A DNA stretch of 49,474 nt, counting the filler, from Bipalium vagum (lineage: Eukaryota): the NCBI GenBank assembly GCA_037834085.1. It is 2 parts of 2 records of this genome, joined end to end, with 100 filler letters (N's around TTAATTAATTAA, not from the genome) between each part and the next. Parts side by side here need not be neighbours in the genome. Positions count along the whole stretch, not along the records: positions 28,290 to 49,474 come from JBBMKC010240854.1; 1 more part is not named here. The stretch is one strand, 5' to 3'. Each line of letters starts with the position of its first letter. Within the stretch, counting starts at the first letter, position 1. Shown here in pieces: positions 34,301-47,364 of this stretch. A program made the translations under genes and the position numbers. Under the pieces are notes generated by a model. That model had not been told where the DNA came from and ran no database searches. It saw nothing but the letters and a program-made list of their open reading frames with translations.

Positions 34301-37300
34301 TTCATTTTTCTTTTAAATCATTTAAATATTAAACTTACCTCTATCATAAGACCTAGCTTTGATTTTGTCATTATAATAAAAACATTTATTATAAGACCCG
34401 ATAGGAAAGATTTAATTTATTAGTATGAATAATAATAAAACTTAAATTTCGTTTAAAAAAGGTAATTGATTAACAATCATCATATAATTCTATAAAATGA
34501 TCATTCATGAAATCGATAAGTTTTAATTGTACATGTTCTGCTTCTGCATCAACACAATCTTCATATGTTAATCAGAAATTTCTATTAATAGAATATTCTA
34601 AATGAAATGAAGGAAATAAACTAATTTGGAAATTATTGAAATATTTACACAAATAAATACAGCCAATTAGGAGGTGTGGCTTGTAACGGAAAACAGAGTA
34701 AATTATAAAAGCAATGTTACCAAGTAAAATAAAACTTTCGGGAAAAATTAACATAATTTAATTTAAATAAACAACAGATGATCCTGAAAAACTCAGGCAC
34801 CTGAATTATACTTTAACAAAAATTAGTAATCTTAAAAAACTTTCATCGATTCAAAAATCTTGAATACTCACACTTATATACATTGTTTTGATGTATTTTG
34901 ATGCTTTTCCATTGGATTTTTTTCATTAAATTGTCATAAAGAAGATGATAAGCAGTACGTGTACAAAAACTAATTATTAATTTAAAAGAAATTGTAAAGC
35001 GCGGAACATGAATGCCATCAATTGTGATGGGGAGACTTTGATATATGAAAAGCTGTTGAGAACCGATGAAAGCGTTAATTCTGATCGTTGGGGAAACAAA
35101 TAATTTGAAATGGTCGAAAGATACAGGCAAGTAATTTTATTTCATGTCATCGCGCCGATAACTCACTTAAAACGAATTAAAGACAAGCCAATGAGGCGAA
35201 ATATCAAGACCTAGCAACTGAATTTGGAATTCTGACCCGATCAACCTTTTCCATATAGACATTTAATCTCGGGTATCTTGAGTCGTGAGACTCCAAAAAC
35301 GGCGAAATTATCAAAACACTAGGTCTTAAAGAAGAAAAAATAGATATGATAGCAACGGTCCTTTTAGCATCTGTGATTACCCAGAGCTACCATATATATA
35401 TTTCATATGAATTACGCAACTATTCCTTATATTCATAAAAGATTGGTTCTTCTTTTATGCCTTAATCTTCCGATTGATAACATGCTCACTTACCAGAAGA
35501 TATGTCAAGACTTATTCCCCTTAAAATTTTTAATTACAAATTCCAAGGACTTTTTGCGCACCCTATAAAAAAGGAACAATGTTCTTTGAAAGGTTAGCTT
35601 CAAGACAAAAAAAATCTATCCAGATGACATCAACAATTTCCATAAAAGGACAGAACAAATGCACAATTACATTTGAGATCCTTTCTTTAAATAAATAAAG
35701 TATTTTTTATGTTTCTCTTGAAAGAGTCGTGTCACAAATTTTGGTCTTATTAACCGGTACATCAAATTAATATTTAAACAAACAAAGTAGGTAAAACATC
35801 AAAAGAAAAGAAAGAAATTCTCGGTTGACATTAATGGGCTGAAAAATTAAAAGAAAATAATAAAGTCGGACCTTGACACATGAAGCCTCCACCGACGTCG
35901 TCTCAACCCCGACAACGTTTTCATGTTACAATTATCAATGAGATTCCGTCGTTTCTCAAAATAAGCCTTCTGTCGCCAGGATTTATTAATTCTTAATTAA
36001 TTAAGGAAATTTATTTCAAATTTATTTGCCCCCGAGGATTAGTACTATATTGGATTGAAATCAACATAAAGATCGTGATTTGACTTCGGTGAAATGTGGT
36101 CTTCAGAAATTACCTCCTTGGGCAAAGTAGCTGCGATTCCCAAGGAAGTCTTCTGTACTGCTGGTCTGGAGCGTTGTTTACGACTCTCCGCGCTCATCGG
36201 CCAGCCGAAGTGGAATATTAAACAAAGAGAAAATGGGGAGAAATTCATTTAATTACTCTTGTCGCGATTCCTAATTAATTAAAAAGGCGAGATGCAATTT
36301 TCTGCTAATAGAAACTTTATTTGCAAAGTTAATTTTACGTTTTCCTGAATATTATTAAATATTAAAACATTTCCTGTTCTGACTGTACAGAATCCTTACC
36401 CTGCTTGCAGCAGAATGAAAGGTTCAGTGGGATGAGGAATAATTACTTTTCGTATCTTGTCCATGTCTCACTTCAAATTATTTTTTTTATTTAATTTTAT
36501 TATGAAATAATTATTAATTTATCATTTAAGATTTTATTATTATTTCTTTTTGTTTTTGTTTTTCTATTTATTTATTTTGTTTTTTTATATTAAAAATATT
36601 TTTGAAAAAGAAAAATTATAACTTCTCTAATTAATTTATAAGCTAAAAAAATATCTATATATTATTATTATCAATATTAATATTATTATTATTAATATTA
36701 TTATTATTATTACCATTATAAAAAAAATATAAAAATATCTTTTATTTATATTTATATTTAAATAATTAAAATTAAAATGAATATGCGATTAAAGGCATTT
36801 GAAATCGTATTCTTTATTATTATCTCTTTAAAATTATTTTCGATATATTAATTACGATCCTTACTTAGAGATTTTGCACATATCCCACCAATCCGTTAAA
36901 TAAACACGTTAATCGAAAACGTTTATTAATCGCACTATAGTCCAGGGTCGTCTAGATAAGTCCGGAACATTTTCAAAGTTATATTAAAAGAAGATTATTT
37001 GAGAGATCACTATAATTATTTTGTTTAAGTAAGCTTATTTATCAATAAAATAGATTGATCAAATTCAATTATTTAATATTAATCATGGATTCAAAATATG
37101 AACGAAGAACAACAGTGTTGGAATCACTCCTAGTCGGAAAAAATTCAAAAGAAATAATTGAATGATTTGGTTGCAACAAGATTAAAGTTTATGGACTGGC
37201 TGAAAGGTATAACAAAATAAAGGACACAAAAATATTTAATGCCGAAAAATGTCACAATAAAGGTTCTGGCCACATACAAATCCTGGCTAATTTGAAAATT

Positions 37301-39125
37301 CATATCGATGAAGATGTAATCGAAAAGTGAGCATTCCAGCAAAGGAATTGTGGAGGTAAATAATGACTTATTTTGAAAAATTTTTGTGTTTGGAAGGTGA
37401 CATCTGTTGACAGAAAAAGATGAAATCAACAAAACATGAAATCATCACCTTTGGTGAATGGTTTCACACAAGAAAACTTTGGTTTCTTCAAATTTTCCTC
37501 ATTTATTCATAACAAAAATTTAATTGTCAAAATGACAGGTGGATTTGCCAACATGTTTCTGAAGTTCTAACTTCCATGGGTTTTAAATTCTCAATTTCAA
37601 TAATGACGCTAGGTATGGTAGGCAGTGAATGTCAGATAACGCCATCTCATTTTTTTCCACTTGGTCTCAAAGTTGGTTCTAACATTTATATTTGGGTTTT
37701 TGATACTATTGTGAAACCAGGGATGGACGAAAGAGCTGGTATGAGAAAATATATTTTTCAACAAGACTCTGCCCTGCTTATAAAGCTAGGAAAAGATAAG
37801 CATATATTTGCGGAAATCTGTCCTACTATTATTATCTGATTTATGATCACGGTCAAATTATTATTTTATGGACTCTCCAAATCAGTCCCAGATTTTTTCC
37901 ATTGCTTAAAGCCCCTAATATGCTCCCATCCCCTTTAACGTTGAACATCACTAAAGTTTTCCAGATCCAAAGAAGCAATTAGTAAAATTCACATAACAAT
38001 AATAACAGAGAAAGGTAAAAGTAACAAGAATCATTTCCTTAAGATGTATTCTGCATGTTGGTTCCTTGAGGCTTATAAAATAAACAGTTTGGAGTTTATT
38101 AGAATAGTCCGTTAATTTTAGACTTTCTAAACAACTTTTAATATTTATTTTGACAAATAGATACATTAAAATCAATCAAAGCATTTTCAAATGTCAAAAT
38201 GACTTTCTCCCACAAATTCGGCAACAGTTATTTCGCGACGATAAAATGGTTCTTCTTTAGAATGAATTCAATTGGACACTCAATTATGAACATCTTCGTA
38301 CGAATCAAATTGAATACCTTACAGAGAATATTCCATTGACACCAATAAATCAAAATCTGTTTGAGCCATTTCTGGAGAGTACATGTCGGAAATTTAATTT
38401 TGACCTATTCATTTATTGCACCTTCTAAAAGTGTTTATTTAAACAAATAACATTTCTAAACCGATTTTCAATTAAAAAATTATCATTTTAAATAGTTTCT
38501 TTCATTTTGTCCTCTTTCAGAGATCTGTCTACTGACAAATGCCAGAAGGGTCGCTAGTGTCAGAGCTGAAACCTACTGCAATGTTTATTCACTGGATCGG
38601 GACAGTTTTCTTTCGGTTTTGGAAAATTATCCCTTGATGAGAAGAACAATGGAAAGTGTGGCAGCGGAGAGGTTGATTAAAATAGGACAAAACCCTTTAC
38701 TGGTCAGCACACGCAAAGATCTCACGGAAGATCTGAAATTAGTCAAGGAAATTGTTAATGAAGTTTGATCTTACTTTACTTATTAAATCATTTTTTGTAT
38801 TTTTTGAGTGACTAGCTCTCGATATGTTGCACCTTTATTTCTCAAGTAGCTTACCTTTTTCTGATATGTTTAGAGTTCACCGGTCAGCAGTGACGAAGAA
38901 TCGTACTCGGTGGATAATGGACGCAGGAAGTCCGTCATTCAAATCGGTCTGGAAAAATTCAACAATATTCGCAGCAAAGCTGCAGCCGGAATTGCGAAAC
39001 GGAAACTGTCCAGAGAAATTTTCCGGAAACAAAGCTCTCCTGGGGCTTTATCAACCAGTGAATATTCAAAGCTCGAAGGAATCAGAGAAATTCACGAGAT
39101 TCAAGAAACGGACAAGGAGCTATGA
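28366..39125 (+). CDS. HCN: Hyperpolarization-activated cyclic nucleotide-gated (HCN/Ih) channel, S5 to C-terminus (5' partial, ~417 aa)
   Basis: Exons 28366-28515 (S5: [25 protein letters not shown]), 29586-29804 (pore/S6: [19 protein letters not shown]...[11 protein letters not shown]), 33539-33685 (C-linker: [13 protein letters not shown]...[11 protein letters not shown]), 33816-34059 (CNBD: [11 protein letters not shown]...DGSYFG), 38521-38762 ([20 protein letters not shown]...ERL), 38874-39125 (tail, TGA). All GT-AG with consistent phases. Confidence 0.95.
30170..30640 (+). mobile_element. IS630/Tc1-like (DD34E) transposase remnant in an HCN intron
   Basis: [42 protein letters not shown] matches MDNARIH...FLPPYSP.LNPIE.VFSK.K. 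Confidence 0.7.
32390..33220 (-). mobile_element. Decayed mariner in an HCN intron
   Basis: Minus strand [12 protein letters not shown] ... [16 protein letters not shown] ... LINRKESFLHEN ... [20 protein letters not shown]. Confidence 0.8.
34860..35700 (+). mobile_element. Heavily decayed mariner-like remnant
   Basis: Only scattered mariner-like fragments (e.g. GDFDI). Weak. Confidence 0.3.
37040..37860 (+). mobile_element. Decayed maT/DD37D-like Tc1-mariner element in an HCN intron
   Basis: [19 protein letters not shown] start; [30 protein letters not shown]...[21 protein letters not shown] matches the maT-type VM.LG.V.S.G..MP..FF..G.KV...Y...W......YVFQQD.AP pattern. Confidence 0.75.
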
Positions 39126-40079
39126 AGAAAACTCTCATTCTGTAGATAATGTTAAACTCTTGGTTTATCTATCAAAAATTGATCACTGTGATACTTGTTG
39201 GGCGTGCATATATTTCATTCTCACAAATCCTAATATAAATTTTTCATTATTTATTTATTTACCTTGCATAAAGATAAGTATATTTTCAAGCTCTGAACAC
39301 GTTAAGTTTGAATTTGACTGAACAACTTCCTTAATATCATCGTTGCTAATGATCATTGATCTCCTGTTTATCAAGCTTTAATCTGCCGAAGAAAATCTTT
39401 TGCCCAACATCTGTGACGTTTGAAACTCAGGGTGTGGTCAGCGAACGCAATGCATATTTTTGGGACCTCCTCCATAGTTTCGGAGCTCAGTTTAAATTCG
39501 TATAATTAGCAATCGTGAATTAAGGATTTGTTGGTGTTCATTTGAAATATGATTTTGAAAAATATATCTAACGTTTTATTGATTAAAATAAAGATGGATT
39601 AATACTAAATCATAAAAACATACAAAGATCATCTATAATACCAACAACTTCAACAATATTCGTAGAAATCTGTTTATAAAAATAAGCAAGCACTATTTTG
39701 CCTATGTGATAGCTTCAGGTAGAGCTGCTTAGTCCAACGAATTTTGAGACCTTCCGTTTTCAATACCTATCCCTGGGGAGTATTGAATCAGTATTATCTC
39801 CCCCCAATGGGTTATTTCATCAATCCTCCTGATTATTCGGTCGCCTAGCAAAATAATTCGATTGCTTTAGATCTTCTTTTCAAAATGTTTCCTATAGATT
39901 TACTATCTTCTCACAAGAGATTTATTTGAACATCATGTTTTCAAAGAATTTTTGTCATTCTTGTAAAGTTTTCAAGTCTTACAATGCTTTATAATTTTCA
40001 CTTAAAATATATCAAATGGGTTGAAATTTCATTTACCGGTTGTATTTTTAGATTTTTATAATTATAAAAATCCTTAGTT

Positions 40080-40360
40080 TGACTCAGACTCTTTGCAAAA
40101 TCTTGCAAATGACAGTTTATGGCGTCACATTGTTATTACAGATGAAAATGGATCTATTCAATTAATTCAAGAGTATTACATGACCAACCTACTGAATCAA
40201 ATATACAAAAGAATCTGTTTGGAGAAAAGGTAATGATCAATGTTTAGTGGAATTATGAAGGTGTAATTCATTTTGAGTGTGTACTACATAGTCGTCCTGT
40301 GAAAACTGAGCTTAACTGTGATAGGCTTGACAGAGTTGACGAAATTCTAGACATGAAAAT
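40080..40360 (+). mobile_element. Mariner catalytic-domain fragment
   Basis: IVITDENG ... FGEKVMINV*WNYEGVIHFECV ... ELNCDRLDRV match ITGDEKW / KVML.VWWN.EGVIHFE / LY..QL.R. Confidence 0.75.
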
Positions 40361-40419
40361 GCAAAGACACACGTTACAATCAAAAATAATTATTATTAGT
40401 ATCTATTAGTTTAAATATA

Positions 40420-41470
40420 CAGCCAAATGGACAGGTTCGTATAGCGTGAAAATGTTCCTTATAATTGGATGCCCTTAACAACGGGGGTTTTTAAAGTTAT
40501 TTAATAGTCATTATTATTTGAAATAAAAGACATGGAAGTAACATTCCAAATGTAATATTTTGTTTAAAGTAATTCAATCAATGTTCTTTGTTTCAGCGTC
40601 GGCTGCAAAGTAATTCTGATTTTTTCTTCAACCTTCATAATATTGCTTAGGAGATTTTCATCAGCTGATGCATTATTTGAACGAAAATATCTCCTAATAG
40701 TATGAAGACAATCAACAATTTACTTTTTACTTTGAATATGCACTAGTTTATTGACAGGTTCCTTTTCATCTAAAGAAAAATTATTCGTTGATTTAAGAAT
40801 TCCAACAATCTCTTCCATATTCAGCTCCGCCCAAATGTCAATATTATCATCAAGGAACCATATGCATCGGCTGATAACGGAGATTCCAATATCAGTTTTT
40901 TCACCAGATAAAAACTTTAATTTCAGATTATGTCGCTTTTTAAATCGGTGAAGCCAACCGTTGGATGCCTTTAACTTTTCAGTACCCCGCTCAGTCACAT
41001 TTAGATTTTACGATGAACATTGATTAATTTAACTGCAGATATTTTTCTAATTCTTCATATTTAGGCTTCCTGGCTCTTTTATTGGAATCCATTTGATCTG
41101 AATTTGTTGTTGGCTCACTTTTAGAAAGCTTTAAAACAGTTTTATATTTGACTGCTTTACCAAAAATATTTGAAAAATGTTTTTCTACCTCTTTCGAATT
41201 GGCTTACGTGTGCTGTTGTAGATGTTGACGAATTTTAGATTTTTCTTGGTTATTTAATGCGATTCGTTTATTAATTTTATTATTATTAATTATTGTTGTT
41301 ATGGTTTACTATTATTTAAGCAATTTTGAACAAAAATAAAGGTTTCATAAATTTATTGCCTTTCATATCGGGGAAGTACGATGTTTTTCTATATAAAAAT
41401 TGGTCCCCAAAAATTTGGCATTAAAGCGTCCCTTATAACGGGGTTTTCCTTATAATTAAAAATTCCTGTG
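40420..41470 (-). mobile_element. Internally deleted Tigger-like (pogo) element
   Basis: ORF 40720-40998 KASNGWLHRFKKRHNLK...SGE is the CENP-B/Tigger HTH motif. CCTTATAA(C/T) subterminal repeats occur at both ends. Confidence 0.8.
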
Positions 41471-42337
41471 GTTTGGTTACACTGCTTATATAAAAAAAGT
41501 CAATATCTCAACCTAAAAAATCACTTAAGTTCTTTTATTGAATTTTTTTTATTAATAATTCGAATATTTCTTTATCTTCTTTTATTTTAATAATTATTTA
41601 CAAATTTTCCAGATTTATATTTTATACTATATAAATTATTCTGTAAATTAATTAATTATATTTATAATTAGTAATAATATAAAATGGTTTTAAAAATTAT
41701 GCTTTTGCATCTTTTTTAGTTAATCTTTCTTTTTTGTAATATTTTATTATCTATATATATTTTAAATTAAAAATTTTTTTAATTATATATCATTTTTATA
41801 ATAATATTTAAACTTATTAATTAAAAATTTTATTTAATAATTCTTTTGTTGAATTTTTATTGGTGCTTTTTATTCTTTTATTTGTTTATTTTTACATTAA
41901 CATTTTATTTTTTTGTAATTTATTTGATACATAATAAGACATATATAAAATGTTATTTTCTTTTTAAAATATAATAAAATAATATATTAAATGAACATTC
42001 ATGAATAAAATAAATTGAGAATAAAAGTGAAGGAAAATTTTTTAAAAATTTTAAAAATAATAATAAGGAAAATTTGATGATGAAAAATATTTTTAAAAAG
42101 AAAAATTAAGAAAATGATAATTAAAAAAGGTATGAAAAATAAAACAAGAAACTTAAAATGGAAAATATCATTTTATTTATTTATTAAAATAATTTCTCTT
42201 GTATATTTCGTGATTGTGGAAGCCTTTTCTTCCCAAGATAGAAATAGGAAAAAATATATAAAATGAGTAAATTATTAATTAAAAATCATTTGGCACCGAT
42301 CACGTTTTATTAATTTAATAAAGAAAAGATTATTTTG

Positions 42338-45300
42338 TCACTTTATTTCTATGAATTCAGAACGGGGGTTGGGATCATAGTTCGGGTAATAGTGGTTATC
42401 ACACATCGGGCTCTTTTGTGTCAGGATGTTCACTGGAATCTGTATTGAACCAGTTCAATAATTAACCAGATCAAAATAAATATTAAAATATCAATAAAAT
42501 TTTACATAGGATGGTATGGAACATCGACTTGTTTGTTGAGTCAAAAAGTTAGGTTCTCTCTGTGGACAGCCATATGTCATCTGGTGGCAAGGGTTCTGGA
42601 AACTGGTATTGCTATTGTTCCTGTTGTATTCACGGGCAAAATTTGGCCTTATCATTTCACTTGTGAGAAAGTTCAGTTGTAGGGACTGGTTAATTTGAGC
42701 AGTTTGATACTTTTCAAATCCTTGAATCCCGGAGTGGTATGGAATGGAAAGGCCTTTTTCGGGAAGGGAAGGGTTCTCAGGAAAATAAGGCAATGTGTGA
42801 GGGCCCTGAAAGTACCAAAATAAAATAATAAAAATAAATAAATAAATAAAATAATAATACTAATAATATTAATAATAATTTTATGTATACATAACTAAAG
42901 GTTATTGTACGATATTGATAATTTCACTTTTATACTTAAATAACAAAACAGTAATAATAATTCATTCTTATATTGTATCGTAATTTTTCGTGATTTATAT
43001 ATTATATTTAAATATAATCAATTATAAAAAAATCAATCGATAATGTAATTTCAGTGATTATTAATGATCTTCATCTGTCTGTACAACTGTTTGTAGTAAC
43101 CTTAATTCTAGAAATCACAAGATTTAATCAGAAAGAAATTAATCAAATAAATTTTGATTTATGCCTCCTTCTGAAAAGTAAGCCTCGCATTTCGTTAGAC
43201 AGTAAAGATAGAAATCTCTTGTCACAAGGTCTGGGAAATACAGAAGATGTTGAAGAACCTCCGAATCGAAGTCTTGGATGGTGGTTTTTACGATATTTGC
43301 TGTGAGTGGTATTGCATTAGCATGGAGAAGAAAGACTTGTCGACATGTCTGGTTTCCTGTACTATTTTCCAGTGAATGAGATTGATTCAATTCCACCAAG
43401 ACAGAAATCATTATTATCTTGAAATGCAAAACCTTCTTAATTCTGGATATTGCTGTTTAAGCAGTAGCCAACCATTACTATCTGTGGTTCAGTTTTGTAT
43501 AAAAACGCCATTTTTCATATCCCATGATGACTCAATGACAAAACTGTTTCTTGTTGCCGCATGTTGCTCGGTGTCTGGTAAATTTTTGAGCTGAAATTTT
43601 TAAACCATTCTCTTTTACTTTTCGTTCATCTACTTTGGCACACAAGCACCCTGATTTTAACCGTTCTCATTTGATTTTAGGTTGAGGAAGGCTTTCATTG
43701 GATTAATATTCAACCTATGAGATAAATCTCTGCATCTTCCAAGACCGTCCTTTATCATGAGTGTGATCAATTAATTATCATGGAAATTGAATGGTCAACC
43801 AGTGTGTAGAGTGTCTTGAAGGTTGAATGTGCTATTTTCAAATTTCTTGTTCCTGAAACAGTCCAGGTGGAAAGATGATTTCTGTTCCAAGGACAGCTAG
43901 AGCAACCTTCAGATCTCGATTAAAATGAAACAGAAATGAGTGGCGCAAATGGTGCCTTTGATCAACTTAGTGGTGCATTTCAAAGCTGTCAATTTTAAAT
44001 AAAATGAAAGGAAAAAGGAGACCAGGAAAAGGTCACTCAAATAAATGAGGTATCAATTAGATATTATTCAGTAAAACAAAACAATAAATAATAAGTCACG
44101 CAAAATTATGTTACATCGTCCTACTTAATTCGAGCAATCATGATCAGATCATCTCGTTGGTATTCTTAGATCTGTCAAGAGAATGATTTTAAGATAAAAA
44201 AGAATAACATAAAATAACAGCTCGACATTTATTTGAGAGCCTGTATAGTCCGAGAATGTCCAGAGATGCTCATTACGATGTATGGCTTTGGCCAAAGGAG
44301 ACCGTCTCATTAAAGCATGTTTTTCTGAAATAATTGAGCTGGTAGGGGCAACATAATTACAATTTTTACTGAAGACCCGGAGTTTCCAAAAGAGTTGTAA
44401 TTGCTCTACGGTATTCGTTTGTAGGAAGTCATTATCGGAGAGATTAGTGGTAAAATGTTTCAAGCTCCGGTTGTTGTTCTGAGAACCAGATCTCCCTAAA
44501 TTGTATTTGCCTGCCTTTCATCAGCCCAGCTTCATTTATCTTGAAGCGCTTCAGCTGCCTAGCTATGACCGAGTGCATCTTTCCTCCAACCCGAAGATGA
44601 TGATGAGATTTAATGAAATGGGCGAATAAGTATTGTTGAAATGAGAAATACGGTAAATATTTTATTTTCACGTCAAAAAGACTTTTCGGGCCTTTTCCCC
44701 TTATTTTCGTTGTAATTTAATATTTGGGATGTTTCAGCTGAGACTGGGCAATGGAATTATCTTTGGCAAAATAACTTCGCCCTCAGGCTCACTTTCGTTT
44801 TGGCAGAAATTTAAAAATTGTCAAAATATATTTCAATTTATAATTTTATATTTCGTTTTTGTGAGTCTTTTAAAATATTGGTTTATTNNNNNNNNNNNNN
44901 NNNNNNNNNNNNNNNNNNNNNNNNNNNNNNNNNNNNNNNNNNNNNNNNNNNNNNNNNNNNNNNNNNNNNNNNNNNNNNNNNNNNNNNNNNNNNNNNNNNN
45001 NNNNNNNNNNNNNNNNNNNNNNNNNNNNNNNNNNNNNNNNNNNNNNNNNNNNNNNNNNNNNNNNNNNNNNNNNNNNNNNNNNNNNNNNNNNNNNATTATT
45101 TTAGTGTATCTTAAAAATATATTATATTATTATTATTCCTTAATAAATAAATAATTTTCAGTTCGTTTTTATTTGAATATGACAAATAACAGTTCCAAAA
45201 AATTAATGAAAACTGATTAATTTTTCCCATTTAGAATTTTTATTTATTTTTCGTATTTTATGAAGAAAAAAAACTAACGAGGTAATTCATTTTTCTAATA

Positions 45301-47364
45301 TTTCTTATTTGTTAATTAATAGTATTAAGTAAATAAATAAAATATTATTTGTTATATGTAAATTAATTATATTTACAAGGTGCTTATATAAAGCAAGTAT
45401 TCGATATTGGAGCTCAACCAATCATGCAGTATTATGTTCAAAAAGTAAGATGACTGTGGAAATAAAACACGTAATATTCATTTAATCATCAAAATTTATT
45501 TTTTCTTCTTCAAAGTACTCTCCTTCCGTCGCGATACACATGCGACAACATTTAATACAATTCATACTTTCAATTATTGTTTTATAGATTCAACCGAATT
45601 AAATCTGGTTCCTGGAATTAGTTTTTTAAATCTATTGAACAGAAAAAATTAGCAAGGTGACATCTGGAGAATATGGTGCATGCAAAATAGCATTTAATTA
45701 ATTTTTGGGTAAAAACTCACGGATAATAATTACATTATGAGAAGAGGCGTTGTGATGGTGTAAAAGGTCACCTTACCATTTGAACATTTCAGTATATCAT
45801 AAGCAAACATAAATTGACATTTTTTCTACGAAAAATAATTTCCTAAATCTAGTGTGAGTGTTTAATTGTTTTAGCAAGTCAATATTATCGATTTTAATTG
45901 CGGTAAATTCAAATTTTAATAATATTCTTCATTGAAGAAAAAGTGAAAAATATTTTACTGATATCAGAGATGGTATCAGTTTCATTAGTCAAACGGCATA
46001 TAGATCACTTGAAATAGAAAACGATACCTACAGCGGTGATTATCAAGAAATTACTTGCAAAATTCAAAGAGACTAGGAGTGTTTATGATATTTAGAAATC
46101 TGGAAGACCGCAAATTGAAGATGAAAATATATGCGAAATAAGTCAGGGCTATGAAAAACACATGGGATATCTGAAGACACAGGTAAATAGAAGAAAACCA
46201 AAAGATATCCAAGACCTGAAAGACTTTATTCAAGAGAAAGCAGCCACATTATCACCAGAAATGAGTCAAAATGTTATAAATGACGTTTATAATCCCTGAC
46301 ATACGTGTACTTGAGTAAATGGTCATTCTGCGGAAAATTTTTAAATTCTAATAAATAAATGTTACCGTGCCAAAAACTTCCAGTCTTCTGCTGAATATAT
46401 TTTATGGTATCACATTTTTTAAATCAGACACAACTTTACACACACCATTTATAATTATATATATTTTAGAGTGTCCCAAAAGTTCGCGATCACTTTTTGA
46501 AATTTTATTATTTAAAGGTAAATTGTTTAAATAGCCTAACAACTTAAATATATTTACTGTTATTTTAAAAGACACGATAACAAGTAATATGTGTTCGAAA
46601 TAAAAAATATTGAACTAATAGTTTTTTCTTTGTATTGCAGAATAATAAGTTTATAAAACCTATACTGTTCGTTTCTTTTTACTCAATTATTGGAAAAAAG
46701 GATTCAGTGTCAAATCTTCTGTAGTTGAAATATATGCATATCATATATATTACAATAATGTGATAAATCAATAAATTACATGTAAGATTTTTGGCAAAGG
46801 TATTGTGAGTTTCTGACCGAAATAATCTGTATCTTGAATATCGCTTTTGGAAACGATTTTCTGGGAATTTTGTGTTTGAGAATGATCAAGGTTGTGAAAG
46901 AAATGATCATTAAAAGATGCTAATGTATCGGGTTTATTTGTGCTTATGATCGGAGCTTTTGAACCGCAAAGCACGGATAAAGAGTTGCTCATGAGAGATG
47001 TCTCTTGAGCTCTGAAGCATACCTCGTAATTAGCTGGGACGCTGCTTGGTACTCCTGATGGGAAATATTGGTTAAGGTTTTTTGACTTGTCTGCCATGGT
47101 CTGATTAGAACAACGAATGGTATTATTATTGAAACCTGGTGGTAGCATATTTATTGTCACCGGTGTCATTCTTTGAGAGTGGCATCCAAAGTTTTTGGCG
47201 GAATTTAAATCAGATGCATTTAGTATCCCTTCATTGCCTCTGAACCATTCTTTTTTTCTCCATTTGGCTCTTCGATTTTGAAACCATACTTGCACCCTTG
47301 CCTCTGACAACCCAGTTCTGAATGCAAGCTGTTCTCGAGCATATACATCTGGATAATGAGTTTT
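42338..47364 (-). CDS. Paired-type (Q50) homeobox protein, Alx/Cart-like (5' partial, ~328 aa in window)
   Basis: Exon 47364-46780 starts after tttag with [39 protein letters not shown]; [14 protein letters not shown] is the Alx-family sequence. A phase-0 donor CAT|GTAATT can join phase-0 exons 42805-42506 and 42439-42338 (TGA). Alternatively the gene ends at the in-frame stop at 46768. Homeodomain helix 1 was not found in the window. Confidence 0.85.
45380..46030 (-). mobile_element. Decayed mariner in the homeobox-gene intron
   Basis: Minus strand PYSPDVT and [13 protein letters not shown] (mariner C-terminus RW.KCI...GEYFE). Confidence 0.7.
46090..46345 (+). mobile_element. Tc1/mariner-superfamily C-terminal fragment
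   Basis: [41 protein letters not shown]...NGH matches WGYLK..VY..KP.T...LK..I...I..I...M...V...F...C...NGGH. Confidence 0.65.

Noticed and set aside
38548-38565. RRVAS instead of RRTAS in the HCN phosphate-binding cassette
   Set aside because: Val at this position is usual in invertebrate HCN channels; not novel.
38824-39321. 165-aa ORF overlapping the last HCN exon
   Set aside because: It is in a different frame from the phase-0 splice at 38874 and I found no suitable acceptor for that frame; treated as a shadow ORF.
43054-44671. ORFs of 72-104 aa within the putative homeobox-gene intron
   Set aside because: No recognisable domain and no stop-free splice model found.
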